A DNA stretch of 64,000 nt from a virus, in the IMG/VR virus record IMGVR_UViG_3300018875_000003, positions 1-64,000 of that record; one strand, written 5' to 3'. The notes beneath the pieces were generated by a model that worked only from the letters and a program-made list of their open reading frames with translations, made no database searches and had not been told where the DNA came from. The position numbers and the translations under genes are program-made. Within the stretch, counting starts at the first letter, position 1. The number at the start of each line of letters is the position of its first letter. Shown here one piece after another: positions 12,201 to 20,363 of the stretch.

Positions 12201-12977
12201 GTCATTGAAACCCTGGTTGATGTGGCGAAGGTAGAACTCGAAGTTCTGTATAAACTTCAGGTCATCGATCGTGCCATCTGTACGCAGAATCTGGTTGACG
12301 ACTTGGTTGTGGGTGATATTTGTAATCCCTCGGTTCGTCTGCAGAAGCGCACCGGACACGCCGCCTTCGTTTGATGTACTGTAGCGCATCAAGTCAATAA
12401 CTGTCCGCTGCTCAGAGGATGTCATTTTACGGAAGCTGTACGGGTCTGTCTTGATTTTCTTAATCAATCCCTTTACTTCCGTGGCTGATTTATTATCCAG
12501 TGCCAGCAGCGCGCTGAACACGCTTTTCGCGTTAGCCTTGTAGCTGCCGTCTGCTTGACGGGAAAATCCCTGCGCGGCAATCTCAGTGACACCGAATCCT
12601 GCGCCGCCGTTCTTTGCACGGTCGCCCATAGTCTCGATATCGAAAGCAATGTATGAGTTGTGCTTGCTGCTCGGGTCTTTCGCTTTCTGTACGAAGTTCT
12701 GGAAAACCTCGATTGCGCTTCGGGACTGGTTGCCGTTAGCGGCGTAGTACTCTGGCATGACCTTGTACTTGCCTTGGCCAATGATCGACTGTGGCATAAT
12801 CCGGGAGTTATTGATCTTCTCCACCAGCTGATCGACCTGTCCTTTGCGGCTGTCTTTCTTGGCGTAGTTCGGACTTGTAACGGGATTGAAAGCCGTCACA
12901 GGAACCCAGGTTCCGCGGCTGTTTGGAGCAACCGCTTGGAACCCTTCGGCCATTAATATATCCTCAATTCCTGCCAT
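6207..12977 (-). CDS. Single-chain beta/beta'-like two-barrel RNA polymerase with N-terminal DEDDh 3'-5' exonuclease (putative virion RNAP)
   Basis: DEDDh motifs: AFDIETMG, SHNGTNFDIP, AHNAMHD. beta-like motifs: GVNMKVAYM, FKFMIEGEK, DVMAIYNP, GVTWGHREYGVL. beta'-like motifs: GYWLELP, LQQSIDRY, NVRYPTFH, catalytic MKADSDGD (~7488-7502). Confidence 0.8.
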   Translation of the reverse strand: MAGIEDILMAEGFQAVAPNSRGTWVPVTAFNPVTSPNYAKKDSRKGQVDQLVEKINNSRIMPQSIIGQGKYKVMPEYYAANGNQSRSAIEVFQNFVQKAKDPSSKHNSYIAFDIETMGDRAKNGGAGFGVTEIAAQGFSRQADGSYKANAKSVFSALLALDNKSATEVKGLIKKIKTDPYSFRKMTSSEQRTVIDLMRYSTSNEGGVSGALLQTNRGITNITHNQVVNQILRTDGTIDDLKFIQNFEFYLRHINQGFNDLQANGEKDHLGVINRYNKFMHDNRYKYFLSHNGTNFDIPALELWSQKMGQPIMGPKKHIDFLRVIQSSYPNMKGLHTDFGRSFESKPALGGLATLQELRRTFGFDQGAAHNAMHDIGEEGLGGVFARMFNGIGSKVEQAKELPGIDTFGFSYRPTELSWSDRVLKRGDRLFSIGGAMAYGNGASDFQADLVDGAFKAEDPDFNRMAINSKSFYEVQGLRNISDLNEDGTVRTNRLALDLYDPESKKTSFIIREGNDAIEQIENFVQRKFYNWNGLTKEMQREIRVQKETDLARRRYDNLFTLSGAGGNTTTRGFEAAKRMYSNAAIYQERLSGKDSHIQRTLQQMDADTSVTRKQMMDRRITHEEMMSRMDFNSLPGGKFNEAEQKLFFRMAPRLVDELPHYNQAIQAIEEKYAITPGMSDKEVRRVRQQRDIAWRLYSQEVNSKVGGDMTERATQPFEQRGIHYVDRTSARKEQRYLNFESMETARNAIYRQIGKPDDTVDRKKERLGNMITSLQESGVIDRKVAGKFHEFNRSYAINDSINMMVQDLMDNHDIMQQNLKIKSVGRRVEMQQISEGVNQSMIQSALTKTSGIQGFIMQHGIQNERVKMDDGAIDLFGRLDSIQHASGLRSNNYAAVNHVLENYRTTADRMGIHGLQYNLSLNQEGTQAKIQIFKSENSASVMEKFLAGESHSKAAEVVVPLIQQNGTHVIGNQVLNARSFLVNEGGETKTISSAEMIARGYTDSREMRNILNAVRDDDYEEANTRSRRALRGEIESLSGIKRNVVSQNDGYYWGNNDSDFLKQSHVSVAPAMIADWHAAGRIDLDRDIREDGLRGQLQRGGDIRHATFNDLSPHKAYEMLKEVDDWAAGKGLNIFAGSVKSENVSKGIWSFQNVQDYHPLGAFSFNGRDNAVQWFNSYNVNERTRQGLLEAGMKPSYFGGLVTTAAMEERNAANPAQRGVNMKVAYMSQGQLDDRVAQLLADSKVSQDIKDQISDPILKARLYEQQAIFTKEIMDAYKVDNHSFIDKGDVFTWNSEFYQDGHLKRTVNPGDLLGARSIGGVDEKVYYQGNKSGTIFTDHDENRIGIHTEDRPFKFMIEGEKTTDTVVSRELMKYLTGSDDVMAIYNPDVKKHKDFGAMMTGQAKLLADHIQDMNPAQQERALAAVRESGIGLDWQGDRFLANPQNDISTDAFNKLFAHPDINLNNKTATGLTTAIQEVRASQVQNYSRMTDDTGRVVIGFRGDEPIYAGGENAIKGVTWGHREYGVLDNMGASATKEYMYNRMLATNESNYRAQESRNMITALNTFVNPDSVSGRALSVSDFRDLPVDGYNQNSMVGTIFDRAHVSQMLGENTSQQGYWLELPKVGDLNYSYVDRVEGSGVNRREVRKSIDKIFVPFTAQEGKGGELYLRDLQNHIADIYRRAAAIGKNNGVSSYDEAVEAQGKLQQSIDRYVNRLAKDVTSSQGQTYSSVFKTNMNQSGSGIFKLIDPKASESLGGEYTFISPEDARKMGVYDRLAAGTDTYAMNVRYPTFHDNAMQVTKLQMKEGIREGEFHVTALTSALMKADSDGDYDNIVAITNDKIQNEWARIYHDRAAERSSAIQKLWSDYDEDRSRNFDLESLSDKEHFTEFAANERSELTAKSGKMVIGHASNLNYAMRQQAKTFLGHDDAARQAIYDFGQDLEQKLISSKHGAQEIDDAMSFINSMYRASTESDWRRVHEFDRQFFGNTDGVTGHESAIRELQKIHSLDGGLSSPFKKFGTSSGMSPERVGVGGIVDSIFGEGGSSNSGLGLIRNLMGIDGEGAGMSESGFRVEPNEPGFFERAARRSGGIAGMFSETIEDMTGGMMGMRANDAVKRAMETVFDGANGKRNKMIMGGAALALAGVIGYNTLSSTEPVTPYNAPLPTAADQAPNYGGGTPAPALPGLDYSGASQGGASIEVKAKGNNQNTQDFSRMVHQGMQQSNFGGGRMNMSINHTDNTAKLSRNWYRDKVEEYS

Positions 12978-12989
12978 TGTTTCACTTCC

Positions 12990-15900
12990 TTAGATCAGAG
13001 AATCCATATTCTCCTTGAAATAATTGTCGAGTTCGCCGGAACGATCTTCTTCGTAATTGAATTTCACGTTGGTATTGCCCTGCTCATTCGGCATGATCCG
13101 AATCTCTACATCCGTCAGCCCCTGCCCTTCAAGTACAGCTTGAATATTCTGCTGCATCTGTTGGTAGCCGGAAAACTGCGGGCCATGTAGGAAGACGTCG
13201 TTGCCTGCCGGACTGATGTCGGGGAGGTAGCTGGAAGACACTACATCGTCAGACCAGAAGTTAAAGTCACTCATATCTAGTCCGCTATCTTGTACTGCCT
13301 TTACCTTCATATCATCCAGATCGACATTCGGATTCCATCCGATCCATCCCGGGTCTGGCAGCACAAATTTGGAGAAGACTTCTTCCAGTGGCTTCGGCCC
13401 TTCATCACCCATGCCCCACATCGCTTTATAAATCCGGCGCTGGTTTTCGGGAACGAGTTCGAGTATGCGTTGCCGGTCTTTCTCCGGCGCGTTGGCGAAG
13501 TCATCGAAGAACCATTTGTCCTTGTATGGGAAGGCGCTGGCCAGCTTCATACGGTCGCCGTGCGGGTCTGCTCCATACAGCGTGCGCTCGTACATATCCT
13601 TGAAGTGCATCGCCGTGAGGACTTCATCCGGCAGTTGCATTTCATTGAAATCCTGGCCAATCGTCTCTATCTCTTTATTGATATCCCTGCGCCGGTCTTC
13701 CCAGCCTTTCGGTTGATCAATAAACAGTCGGAGTTTTTCGTCTTCGAGTTCTCGTTTGCGCTGTTTATTCAATTCTTCTCGCGCGGATTCATCATTCATG
13801 ATGGCATCCACATCGTAGCCAGCATCAGCAGCATCCTGCTTTGCTTGCTCATATAATCCATGATATTTCATGTACTTCAAGACGTCAAAGTATTCATTAA
13901 TATCATTTTCAATTCGTCTGCGCTCCGGAATCCAAGCTTCGCCGGTCTCCTTCTCGTAGTGCTGTCGGTATAGGTTTCCGATCCCCGCGCCGACTGCGCC
14001 GACGATACCGCTGCGGATGATATTCTTCTTCCCTGCCCCGAAGATATTCAGGAAGCCGCCGACCAATGCACCGGCGATCGCGCCGCGCATCATCGAGTCA
14101 TCAAGGTCATGCCGGATGATCGATTGAAATCCTGGAATCAGGTAGTCATCGATCATGAAATTTTCCCAGGTAGACCAATCCTTGCCGTACACCTGATCGC
14201 GCTCGTATTCTTCCAGTGCGGTCCGCACCTGCAGGAACTTCGTATTCAGTGGGGATTCAAAGTGGGCGATACGCTCCCATCTGGCTCCCTTGGAAATCTC
14301 AGCCTGCGTGAAGCGGGCGAAGACGGCTGGTGCGGAGAAGTCGGTTTCGTTTTCCTTCATCAGTCCACGCTGCAAGATGTCACGGTTGATATTGCCGATC
14401 TCTTTATTGAAGACGACAACGCGTGCGGTGTTGTACGTATCGCCGGATAGCTGCTTGCTCTCATCGCCGTTGAGTCCGATGGTGATTTTATCTCCCTGCT
14501 TGATGTAGGACTGCAGCACACCTTCTGCTCGCGGTCTCAGATTCATACCGGCCAGGCGGAAGACCTGATCACCATATTCCTCGGTTACGAAGCTATAGTC
14601 ATCCAGGAACTTACGGACGGTGGCGTTCTGGTATTCCAGCTCAGCGCCTTCAAAGCGATACGGAGTGAACTCGTACTTCTGCTTCCGTCCGGCCACCTGA
14701 CGCTTGATCTCAGCCGCTTGCTTCCGCAGCTCCGGGTCAGTGTTGGTCTGCACCACATAATCCCGCCAGAACTTATATTCATCACTCCACGGCGCTACAT
14801 CGGCAAGGATCTTAAATTTGTCGAATGCACCGTATGCGCCAGTCTCGTCCGGATGAAGCTGATTCAGTTTCTCGTAGGACTCGCCCGGCAGCCGGAACTC
14901 GCCGTGATCGATCTTCTGGTATGGATCGCCGGTCTGGAAATCGATGAAGTAGTTTGCCCCCGGCAGCCAGTCGGGCATTGTGTTTTCAATCGGATTATAT
15001 TTATCGAGCTGTCCATCATCACGCCGAATGAAACGGCGACCGATCTCTGACAGCTGTCCGCCGAGTGAACCGGCATTCAGACCCTGAAAGGCGTTCGACA
15101 GGTTATAGGCAGCGTCTGCCTTCTCAATAACTGTCTTGCCTTCGTATGGGTTGTAGCCAGCCATTTCATCTTGGATAATCCACTTGTATACCCCGAGCGG
15201 TTCAGACCAGTTCTCCCAGGCTTCCTGTGCGAGCCATCCTGCGCTTGTTGGGTCTTTCAGTTCTTGCAGCTTCCGGTTCTCCAGCTCCTGTTTGTAGATG
15301 AATCCATCATCAAACATTGCGCGCGGCTTGGTCTTAATCAGTGCTTCGTCATCGGATTCCTGAGCAATCTGGAACAGCTGGCCGGTCGTATAATCCTTGT
15401 TGGCCATGTTGGCCGGGACGTATACGGCTTGACCGGTGCCGACGTCTTGAGCAATGTAAGCTCCGGTCGGGTTGCCCTCTCCGTCTTTCTGATCGATCCG
15501 GATATACTGCGGCATTGCCGTGCCGTCGCCCTCTACATATTGTCCAGCACCGTAATCGCCAGAATCTGCATAGACGACATTCTCCGTGCGCCCGCCTGGC
15601 GAGAACCGGGTGATAATCGGACTCGTTGGACGCTGGATTACATCTTCTGTTCTTTCCTGCATCAATACAGGGTCGCCCCAGTAATCCGGGTGCATTCTCT
15701 CCGTAGGCTTAATCAGCTGCCCGATCGTTGCGTTTCCGATGTCTCCGAAGAATGGAGTATTCGGGTTGAACAGCGATCCTGTGATGAGATACGGACGGTC
15801 GTAGTAGTGCTTCTTCTCCCAGTAGTACGGATCGTTGAGCCCAACCGCATAAGCCAGTCCGCCGAGCGGATTCCGGAAGGTTGGAATCATATTGGTTTCG

Positions 15901-18869
15901 CCCCAACGTTCTTCGCCGGTCAGATTGGTGTCGCTGTACTCGGCATCAGACATCGCCATCCGGTAACTGTTCGGACGGTATTCGCTGATCCGGTCGCCTC
16001 GATAAGCTGACTTGGAACCAAAGAGCCACCATCTACTTTTACGGACTTCATCTACGCCGCGCTGCAGGTAATCCTCATACTCTTCCGCCGTGTATGCTTG
16101 CCGCTCATCGATCGGTGTGCCGCCGAAGCCCAGCGCAGTTGCTGCCAGGTTCCCGGGTCCGACAGGTCCAATGCCCGGCAGGTAGACCGTAGGCATCGCT
16201 GCAAAGTGGTCGATCCCTGGTGTAAGCATCCGCGCGCGCTTCTCTTCTTGCGTCTTGCCGGACATATCATCGGCAATCGCACCGGTCAGCTGCGAACGTG
16301 CTTTATAGTTCTCCCAGCGATCGCTCACACTCTCGCCTGTTGCCTGCTCCGTCTCCCAGTCCAGATACTGTGCGTACTGTGTGCCGAGGTAGATCGGCAG
16401 GAATCGTTTTAGCATCAGGGAAGACATCATCTTCAGCGGGCTGGTCATGGACTCATCGGAGAATCCAAGCCCCATATCACCGAGTGCATCCTGCAAGCGG
16501 TAGATCGGATAGTTGGCGCCGAAAATGGACAGGTTTGTGAAGTCCTCCATGTTCCGTCGTCCGGTCCGCAGGCCCATCTGCCTTGCCTTATCTCCGAAGT
16601 CCGTGAAGAACTCCAGAAAGCGCCCGCTCGTTGTTGACGAGGTGAATGCTTTATTGACGGCGATGTATTCATCGTTAATCCGGTTGATCGGCTGAGTGCC
16701 GGAGAACTTCTGGAACAGCGGATTCGTCACATGCAGATTGGAGCGCAGGTTGTCTTGGAAGCGAATCGATTCCGATCGCTGGCCCGTCATCAGTTCGTTG
16801 ATAGCGTTGATCGCGCTCGGGCTGTTTGCATAGATACCGGTCTCTGCTTGCTTGTACTGCGCATGACTGAACAGGAACTGTGTATCCTGCCATTCCTGCT
16901 TGGTCAGTTTCCCGGCATCGAACAGATCGTCTGTGTACTGCCGGAAGTCAAACGGCTGCATGGCATTCATCTGCTTGCGGTGGACGACCTGATTAATCAA
17001 GTCGATACTTAGCTGCTGGTGGATGCGGTCAAAGCCGGTCTGAATCGTTGTGTATTCGCCCAGCCAAGAGGAATCCCCTACTGGTCGCTTCGAATGCAGG
17101 GAGGCGTCAGGATCGCGCTCGTATCGTTGCCAGAGTTTCCTCAGCTCGCCGCTGGCCATATCCTTACCGTCGCCTTCCCCCATGAATCGAAATACCTTCA
17201 TGAAGTCATCTTGCTGGCTGAATGTAATGTCATTCTTCTGAATAAAGCCCCTCAGAGTGGAAGGCATATCTTCGACCATGTTGTTCATCGTCCGGCCGGA
17301 TAGCCCTTTGCTGTATTTCTCAAAGTAAGCCCGAACAGCATAGGAGCTTTCCTGATCTACGCCGGTCTGCATGGCTTTATTGATGACGTTGCGCTCCCAG
17401 TCTGGATTAAAGAACTTCGTGAATCGACCGAGATGGTGATGCAGCGCAGAATCTTTATCCTGGTTGCCGAGATCGAATAAGCCGGCGAAGAAATTACGCT
17501 CGCGCTCGTTATCGGTCATCATGCCGGACACCTGCCGGGAAACCTTTCCGATCGTGCCGAACTTGGAAGACGTCAGGAACATATCCCGCTGCTTATTGAG
17601 TATGTCCATGTCTGCTGACGTGTTGACGGCTTTATCATCGAACAGCCGGACAAACTTCCCGTTGACGTAGACCAGCGGCTCGTGCGTTCGCTCTGTGGGG
17701 CTGATGCCGCGCTGAGCGTTCAGCATTGGCTGCACAGCGTCACGGTTGAATATGCGGAAGCTGGCGATCTCTCGGGCTTCTTGCATATTGATATTATCCC
17801 GCAAGTGCATTAGGCCACCTGGTATCGTTTTGGCTGCCCATTCCTTGACGCCGCGTCGCATGTCATCGAAGGTCTTGTAATCTGTCCAATCGACAACCTG
17901 ACCGTTCTTTTCCCGAACGTAGACATTCTCATCAAATACGCTCTGTCCAAACTTCTTATTGTACTGCGTAATCTCTTCCATGTGGGCGACCAGCTTGGGA
18001 TCGACCTTCATGACGCCAGATTTATTCATGGCAAGAATGTCTTCGACCGTTGCCTGCCGGTGGCCGTTGATGAACCCCTTATAGCGAGCCTCCTTGCGAG
18101 TCAGAGTGTCCATCTGCTCGGCGGTGAATTTGCGCATCTTCGATTGGATGCCTTCAATCCATGTTCTTGCTTCTTCGGAGTCTGCTCGGTAGTTCCGGTT
18201 TCGGTAGATATCCTGGATGCGCCCGAACTCCTCGATCGCTGAGTGATCGGTCACGCCGTGCTTGCGAAGATGCGAAGCCATCTGGTCTGCCTGCAGGTTT
18301 CTCAGAAATCCCGGGTCTCCGCTCTCCATGGCGCTGCGAATCCGATCAGCATGCTGCGGCATCCGCTCTTCCACATCACGGAGAACATCACGATATCGAA
18401 GCCCTTCTTGAATATGAAACGGGATTTGCTCGTTCAGCATTTGCTCCCGCTGCCGGATGTAACGCTGCATATCATATTCCTCAACGCCGCCGCGCCGACC
18501 GAACTCACGCATCTGGTCAACCTTGCGCTGCACCAGCTCGCTCCGGCGTTCGCTGAATCGTCGGATCGATCCGGGAAGGTCACGGGTTAGCGTCCGTGTT
18601 GGGCGCTGCTCCTGCATAACTTCCCGGGCTGCCTGATAAGCGCCTTTCACCTGCGTATCAAAGAATCGGGTGACTTGCCGAGTAGCACCGGTTCGGTGCA
18701 TCAATGCTCTTGCCGCGACGATTCCGCCGACCGCAATACCGGCTTTGGCGATGAAGGGCATAGACGAGTCCTGATCCTCCTCATTCTGCTGAAGGAATCG
18801 CATCATCGGGCGATCGCTATTATCCAGATACGGAGCAAAGCGCCCGCCGTCATATTGTTCTCGTTCCAT
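12990..18869 (-). CDS. Giant tape-measure-position / ejection protein with degenerate SNase-like domain
   Basis: 1959 aa, directly downstream of the tail chaperones, with several Gly/Ala-rich hydrophobic helices. An SNase-like pattern (VRKFLDDYS...FRLAGMN...DTYNTARVVVF...NINRDILQRGL) lies at ~14350-14625. Confidence 0.55.
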   Translation of the reverse strand: MEREQYDGGRFAPYLDNSDRPMMRFLQQNEEDQDSSMPFIAKAGIAVGGIVAARALMHRTGATRQVTRFFDTQVKGAYQAAREVMQEQRPTRTLTRDLPGSIRRFSERRSELVQRKVDQMREFGRRGGVEEYDMQRYIRQREQMLNEQIPFHIQEGLRYRDVLRDVEERMPQHADRIRSAMESGDPGFLRNLQADQMASHLRKHGVTDHSAIEEFGRIQDIYRNRNYRADSEEARTWIEGIQSKMRKFTAEQMDTLTRKEARYKGFINGHRQATVEDILAMNKSGVMKVDPKLVAHMEEITQYNKKFGQSVFDENVYVREKNGQVVDWTDYKTFDDMRRGVKEWAAKTIPGGLMHLRDNINMQEAREIASFRIFNRDAVQPMLNAQRGISPTERTHEPLVYVNGKFVRLFDDKAVNTSADMDILNKQRDMFLTSSKFGTIGKVSRQVSGMMTDNERERNFFAGLFDLGNQDKDSALHHHLGRFTKFFNPDWERNVINKAMQTGVDQESSYAVRAYFEKYSKGLSGRTMNNMVEDMPSTLRGFIQKNDITFSQQDDFMKVFRFMGEGDGKDMASGELRKLWQRYERDPDASLHSKRPVGDSSWLGEYTTIQTGFDRIHQQLSIDLINQVVHRKQMNAMQPFDFRQYTDDLFDAGKLTKQEWQDTQFLFSHAQYKQAETGIYANSPSAINAINELMTGQRSESIRFQDNLRSNLHVTNPLFQKFSGTQPINRINDEYIAVNKAFTSSTTSGRFLEFFTDFGDKARQMGLRTGRRNMEDFTNLSIFGANYPIYRLQDALGDMGLGFSDESMTSPLKMMSSLMLKRFLPIYLGTQYAQYLDWETEQATGESVSDRWENYKARSQLTGAIADDMSGKTQEEKRARMLTPGIDHFAAMPTVYLPGIGPVGPGNLAATALGFGGTPIDERQAYTAEEYEDYLQRGVDEVRKSRWWLFGSKSAYRGDRISEYRPNSYRMAMSDAEYSDTNLTGEERWGETNMIPTFRNPLGGLAYAVGLNDPYYWEKKHYYDRPYLITGSLFNPNTPFFGDIGNATIGQLIKPTERMHPDYWGDPVLMQERTEDVIQRPTSPIITRFSPGGRTENVVYADSGDYGAGQYVEGDGTAMPQYIRIDQKDGEGNPTGAYIAQDVGTGQAVYVPANMANKDYTTGQLFQIAQESDDEALIKTKPRAMFDDGFIYKQELENRKLQELKDPTSAGWLAQEAWENWSEPLGVYKWIIQDEMAGYNPYEGKTVIEKADAAYNLSNAFQGLNAGSLGGQLSEIGRRFIRRDDGQLDKYNPIENTMPDWLPGANYFIDFQTGDPYQKIDHGEFRLPGESYEKLNQLHPDETGAYGAFDKFKILADVAPWSDEYKFWRDYVVQTNTDPELRKQAAEIKRQVAGRKQKYEFTPYRFEGAELEYQNATVRKFLDDYSFVTEEYGDQVFRLAGMNLRPRAEGVLQSYIKQGDKITIGLNGDESKQLSGDTYNTARVVVFNKEIGNINRDILQRGLMKENETDFSAPAVFARFTQAEISKGARWERIAHFESPLNTKFLQVRTALEEYERDQVYGKDWSTWENFMIDDYLIPGFQSIIRHDLDDSMMRGAIAGALVGGFLNIFGAGKKNIIRSGIVGAVGAGIGNLYRQHYEKETGEAWIPERRRIENDINEYFDVLKYMKYHGLYEQAKQDAADAGYDVDAIMNDESAREELNKQRKRELEDEKLRLFIDQPKGWEDRRRDINKEIETIGQDFNEMQLPDEVLTAMHFKDMYERTLYGADPHGDRMKLASAFPYKDKWFFDDFANAPEKDRQRILELVPENQRRIYKAMWGMGDEGPKPLEEVFSKFVLPDPGWIGWNPNVDLDDMKVKAVQDSGLDMSDFNFWSDDVVSSSYLPDISPAGNDVFLHGPQFSGYQQMQQNIQAVLEGQGLTDVEIRIMPNEQGNTNVKFNYEEDRSGELDNYFKENMDSLI

Positions 18870-18875
18870 TATCCA

Positions 18876-19025
18876 TCACCCCAATCCATCTCCGTATTTT
18901 TCAAACCATATTTGGAAGTAGAGCGCCCAGCAGTCCTGTATTGCCCACTGCCCATCTCCATATTTTCGATTGACCATTGGGTCCTGATAGATGCCACTGA
19001 CGAGCTGCCATGCCGGAAACGTCAA
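18876..19025 (-). CDS. Small 49-aa protein (not in ORF track)
   Basis: TTG start overlaps the upstream TGA (TTGA) and follows a GAGGTG RBS. Sequence MTFPAWQLVSGIYQDPMVNRKYGDGQWAIQDCWALYFQIWFEKYGDGLG fills the gap exactly. Confidence 0.55.
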   Translation of the reverse strand: MTFPAWQLVSGIYQDPMVNRKYGDGQWAIQDCWALYFQIWFEKYGDGLG

Positions 19026-19804
19026 TCGAACTCACCTCGCAGTTGATCCTGCGTGCCGAAGAAAGCCAGCTCCGGATAAGATTGATCAGATATCTTTTTG
19101 CTCAAGTCAACACGCTCTCCCATAGCTTGAGACATCATCATCTCCAGCTCTTGCTGCGTTAGTTCTTTGCGGCTGGTGTCTCCCTGCTTCGGCTGCTGTT
19201 GCTGCGGCATCTCAGGATTAGCCAGTGGTGACATTTCAGCCCGCTGCTGCGGCGACATCATCGTTGTAGGCGGCACCTGCATTTGCTGCTGGGTTTGCAT
19301 CGCCCTCAGCTCTTCCTCTGTGTAATGCTGCAGCGGCACGCCTCTTAGATTCTGCAGCGTCCATTCTGCCCGGGACAGATAAAACATCGTCTTCGGTACC
19401 GGCCAGGCTGCGATCTCTTCCAGCGTAAACTGCGGATAGGCTTCATGAATTACGCAATCGATCTGTGCATTATAATCCGTCATCTCATCTCGGTAGTAAG
19501 TCAGCAGCTGTTCGGCTGTCTCTGGCCCATTTAGCATGGAGGACTCCAGGATCATGGAACAGAGCGATGTTGCATATCCGTCCTTTGTTCGGAAGTTGAA
19601 TCCTTCCGGGTATAGTGTCGCCAGCTCGCACAGGATTTCTTCGGTCTCAGTAGGCGAAGCTTCCTCCATCGACATGACGATGTTATACTCCGCTCTGCCG
19701 ATCATTCGATAAACGAAATGCTGCTCATTGATGATGACAGCGAAGATATCCTGGTATTGCTCTTTCCATTCGTTAACCTGTTCTTGTGTATACATAGTCA
19801 TCAC
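19022..19804 (-). CDS. Tail assembly chaperone-like protein 2
   Basis: Lies between the tube genes and the tape-measure-like gene. Its N-terminus (EWKEQY..F.YRMIGRAEY) is paralogous to the adjacent 151-aa protein. Confidence 0.55.
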   Translation of the reverse strand: MMTMYTQEQVNEWKEQYQDIFAVIINEQHFVYRMIGRAEYNIVMSMEEASPTETEEILCELATLYPEGFNFRTKDGYATSLCSMILESSMLNGPETAEQLLTYYRDEMTDYNAQIDCVIHEAYPQFTLEEIAAWPVPKTMFYLSRAEWTLQNLRGVPLQHYTEEELRAMQTQQQMQVPPTTMMSPQQRAEMSPLANPEMPQQQQPKQGDTSRKELTQQELEMMMSQAMGERVDLSKKISDQSYPELAFFGTQDQLRGEFD

Positions 19805-19807
19805 CTG

Positions 19808-19840
19808 ATAAAAAATGAAGCAGAGCGCGCGCCCTGCTTA
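19808..19840 (-). terminator. Intrinsic terminator-like hairpin between the chaperone genes
   Basis: Minus strand reads AAGCAGGGCGCGCGCTCTGCTT followed by CATTTTTT. Confidence 0.55.
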
Positions 19841-20293
19841 CAGTTTGATTGGCGCCGATTGGGCCACAAATGAACTTTTTGCCATAATCATCTCGGCCAA
19901 TACGCTGGCTCTGCCGGCGCTGTCTGCCTTGATTTCTTCCATTGACATCGCTGGGAACAACAGACACAGGTTTGTCATTGCTTCTTCACGATCCATCGTA
20001 TTAAGCGACTTGTCGTCAATCAGTGTGCGGTATTCCGGACGACTCAGTACACGCCAGATATAAACGCCATCGTCGAAAGGCGTGAAGTATACAGATCCGT
20101 GCATCTTCTTCCATTCCTCTACGGTTCTGCGCGTTGGCCCTTCGTCGAAGATTGGTGCGTTCAATTCCTCTTCTGTATAACCTTCAGTGGTCTTTACAGC
20201 CGTTTCTTCTTGCTGCTGTTCTTCTTGCTGCTGTTCTTCTTGCTGCTGCTGTTTTTGTTCGCTGCTATCCATATCGAAAAGCGTTGGCTCCAT
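19838..20293 (-). CDS. Tail assembly chaperone-like protein 1
   Basis: Position downstream of the tubes; motif EEWKKMHG..YIWRVLSRPEY; Q/E-rich N-terminus. Confidence 0.55.
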   Translation of the reverse strand: MEPTLFDMDSSEQKQQQQEEQQQEEQQQEETAVKTTEGYTEEELNAPIFDEGPTRRTVEEWKKMHGSVYFTPFDDGVYIWRVLSRPEYRTLIDDKSLNTMDREEAMTNLCLLFPAMSMEEIKADSAGRASVLAEMIMAKSSFVAQSAPIKL

Positions 20294-20315
20294 CTTAATT
20301 CCCCTTTATTCGTAT

Positions 20316-20363
20316 TGTAACGTGTTACATTTTCATTATACTTGCTTTTATCTCACATATAAA
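20316..20363 (-). promoter_or_regulatory. sigmaA-like promoter with palindromic operator just downstream of the -10
   Basis: TTTATA-17-TATAAT on the minus strand, followed by TGTAACACGTTACA (20316-20329). Confidence 0.55.

Noticed and set aside
11700-12700. DNA polymerase III-like replicase
   Set aside because: Only the DEDDh domain matches; the remainder has RNAP motifs, not PolC/PolA motifs.
19022-20293. Programmed frameshift between the tail chaperones
   Set aside because: The two genes are separate paralogues with their own RBS and an intervening hairpin; no slippery site was seen.
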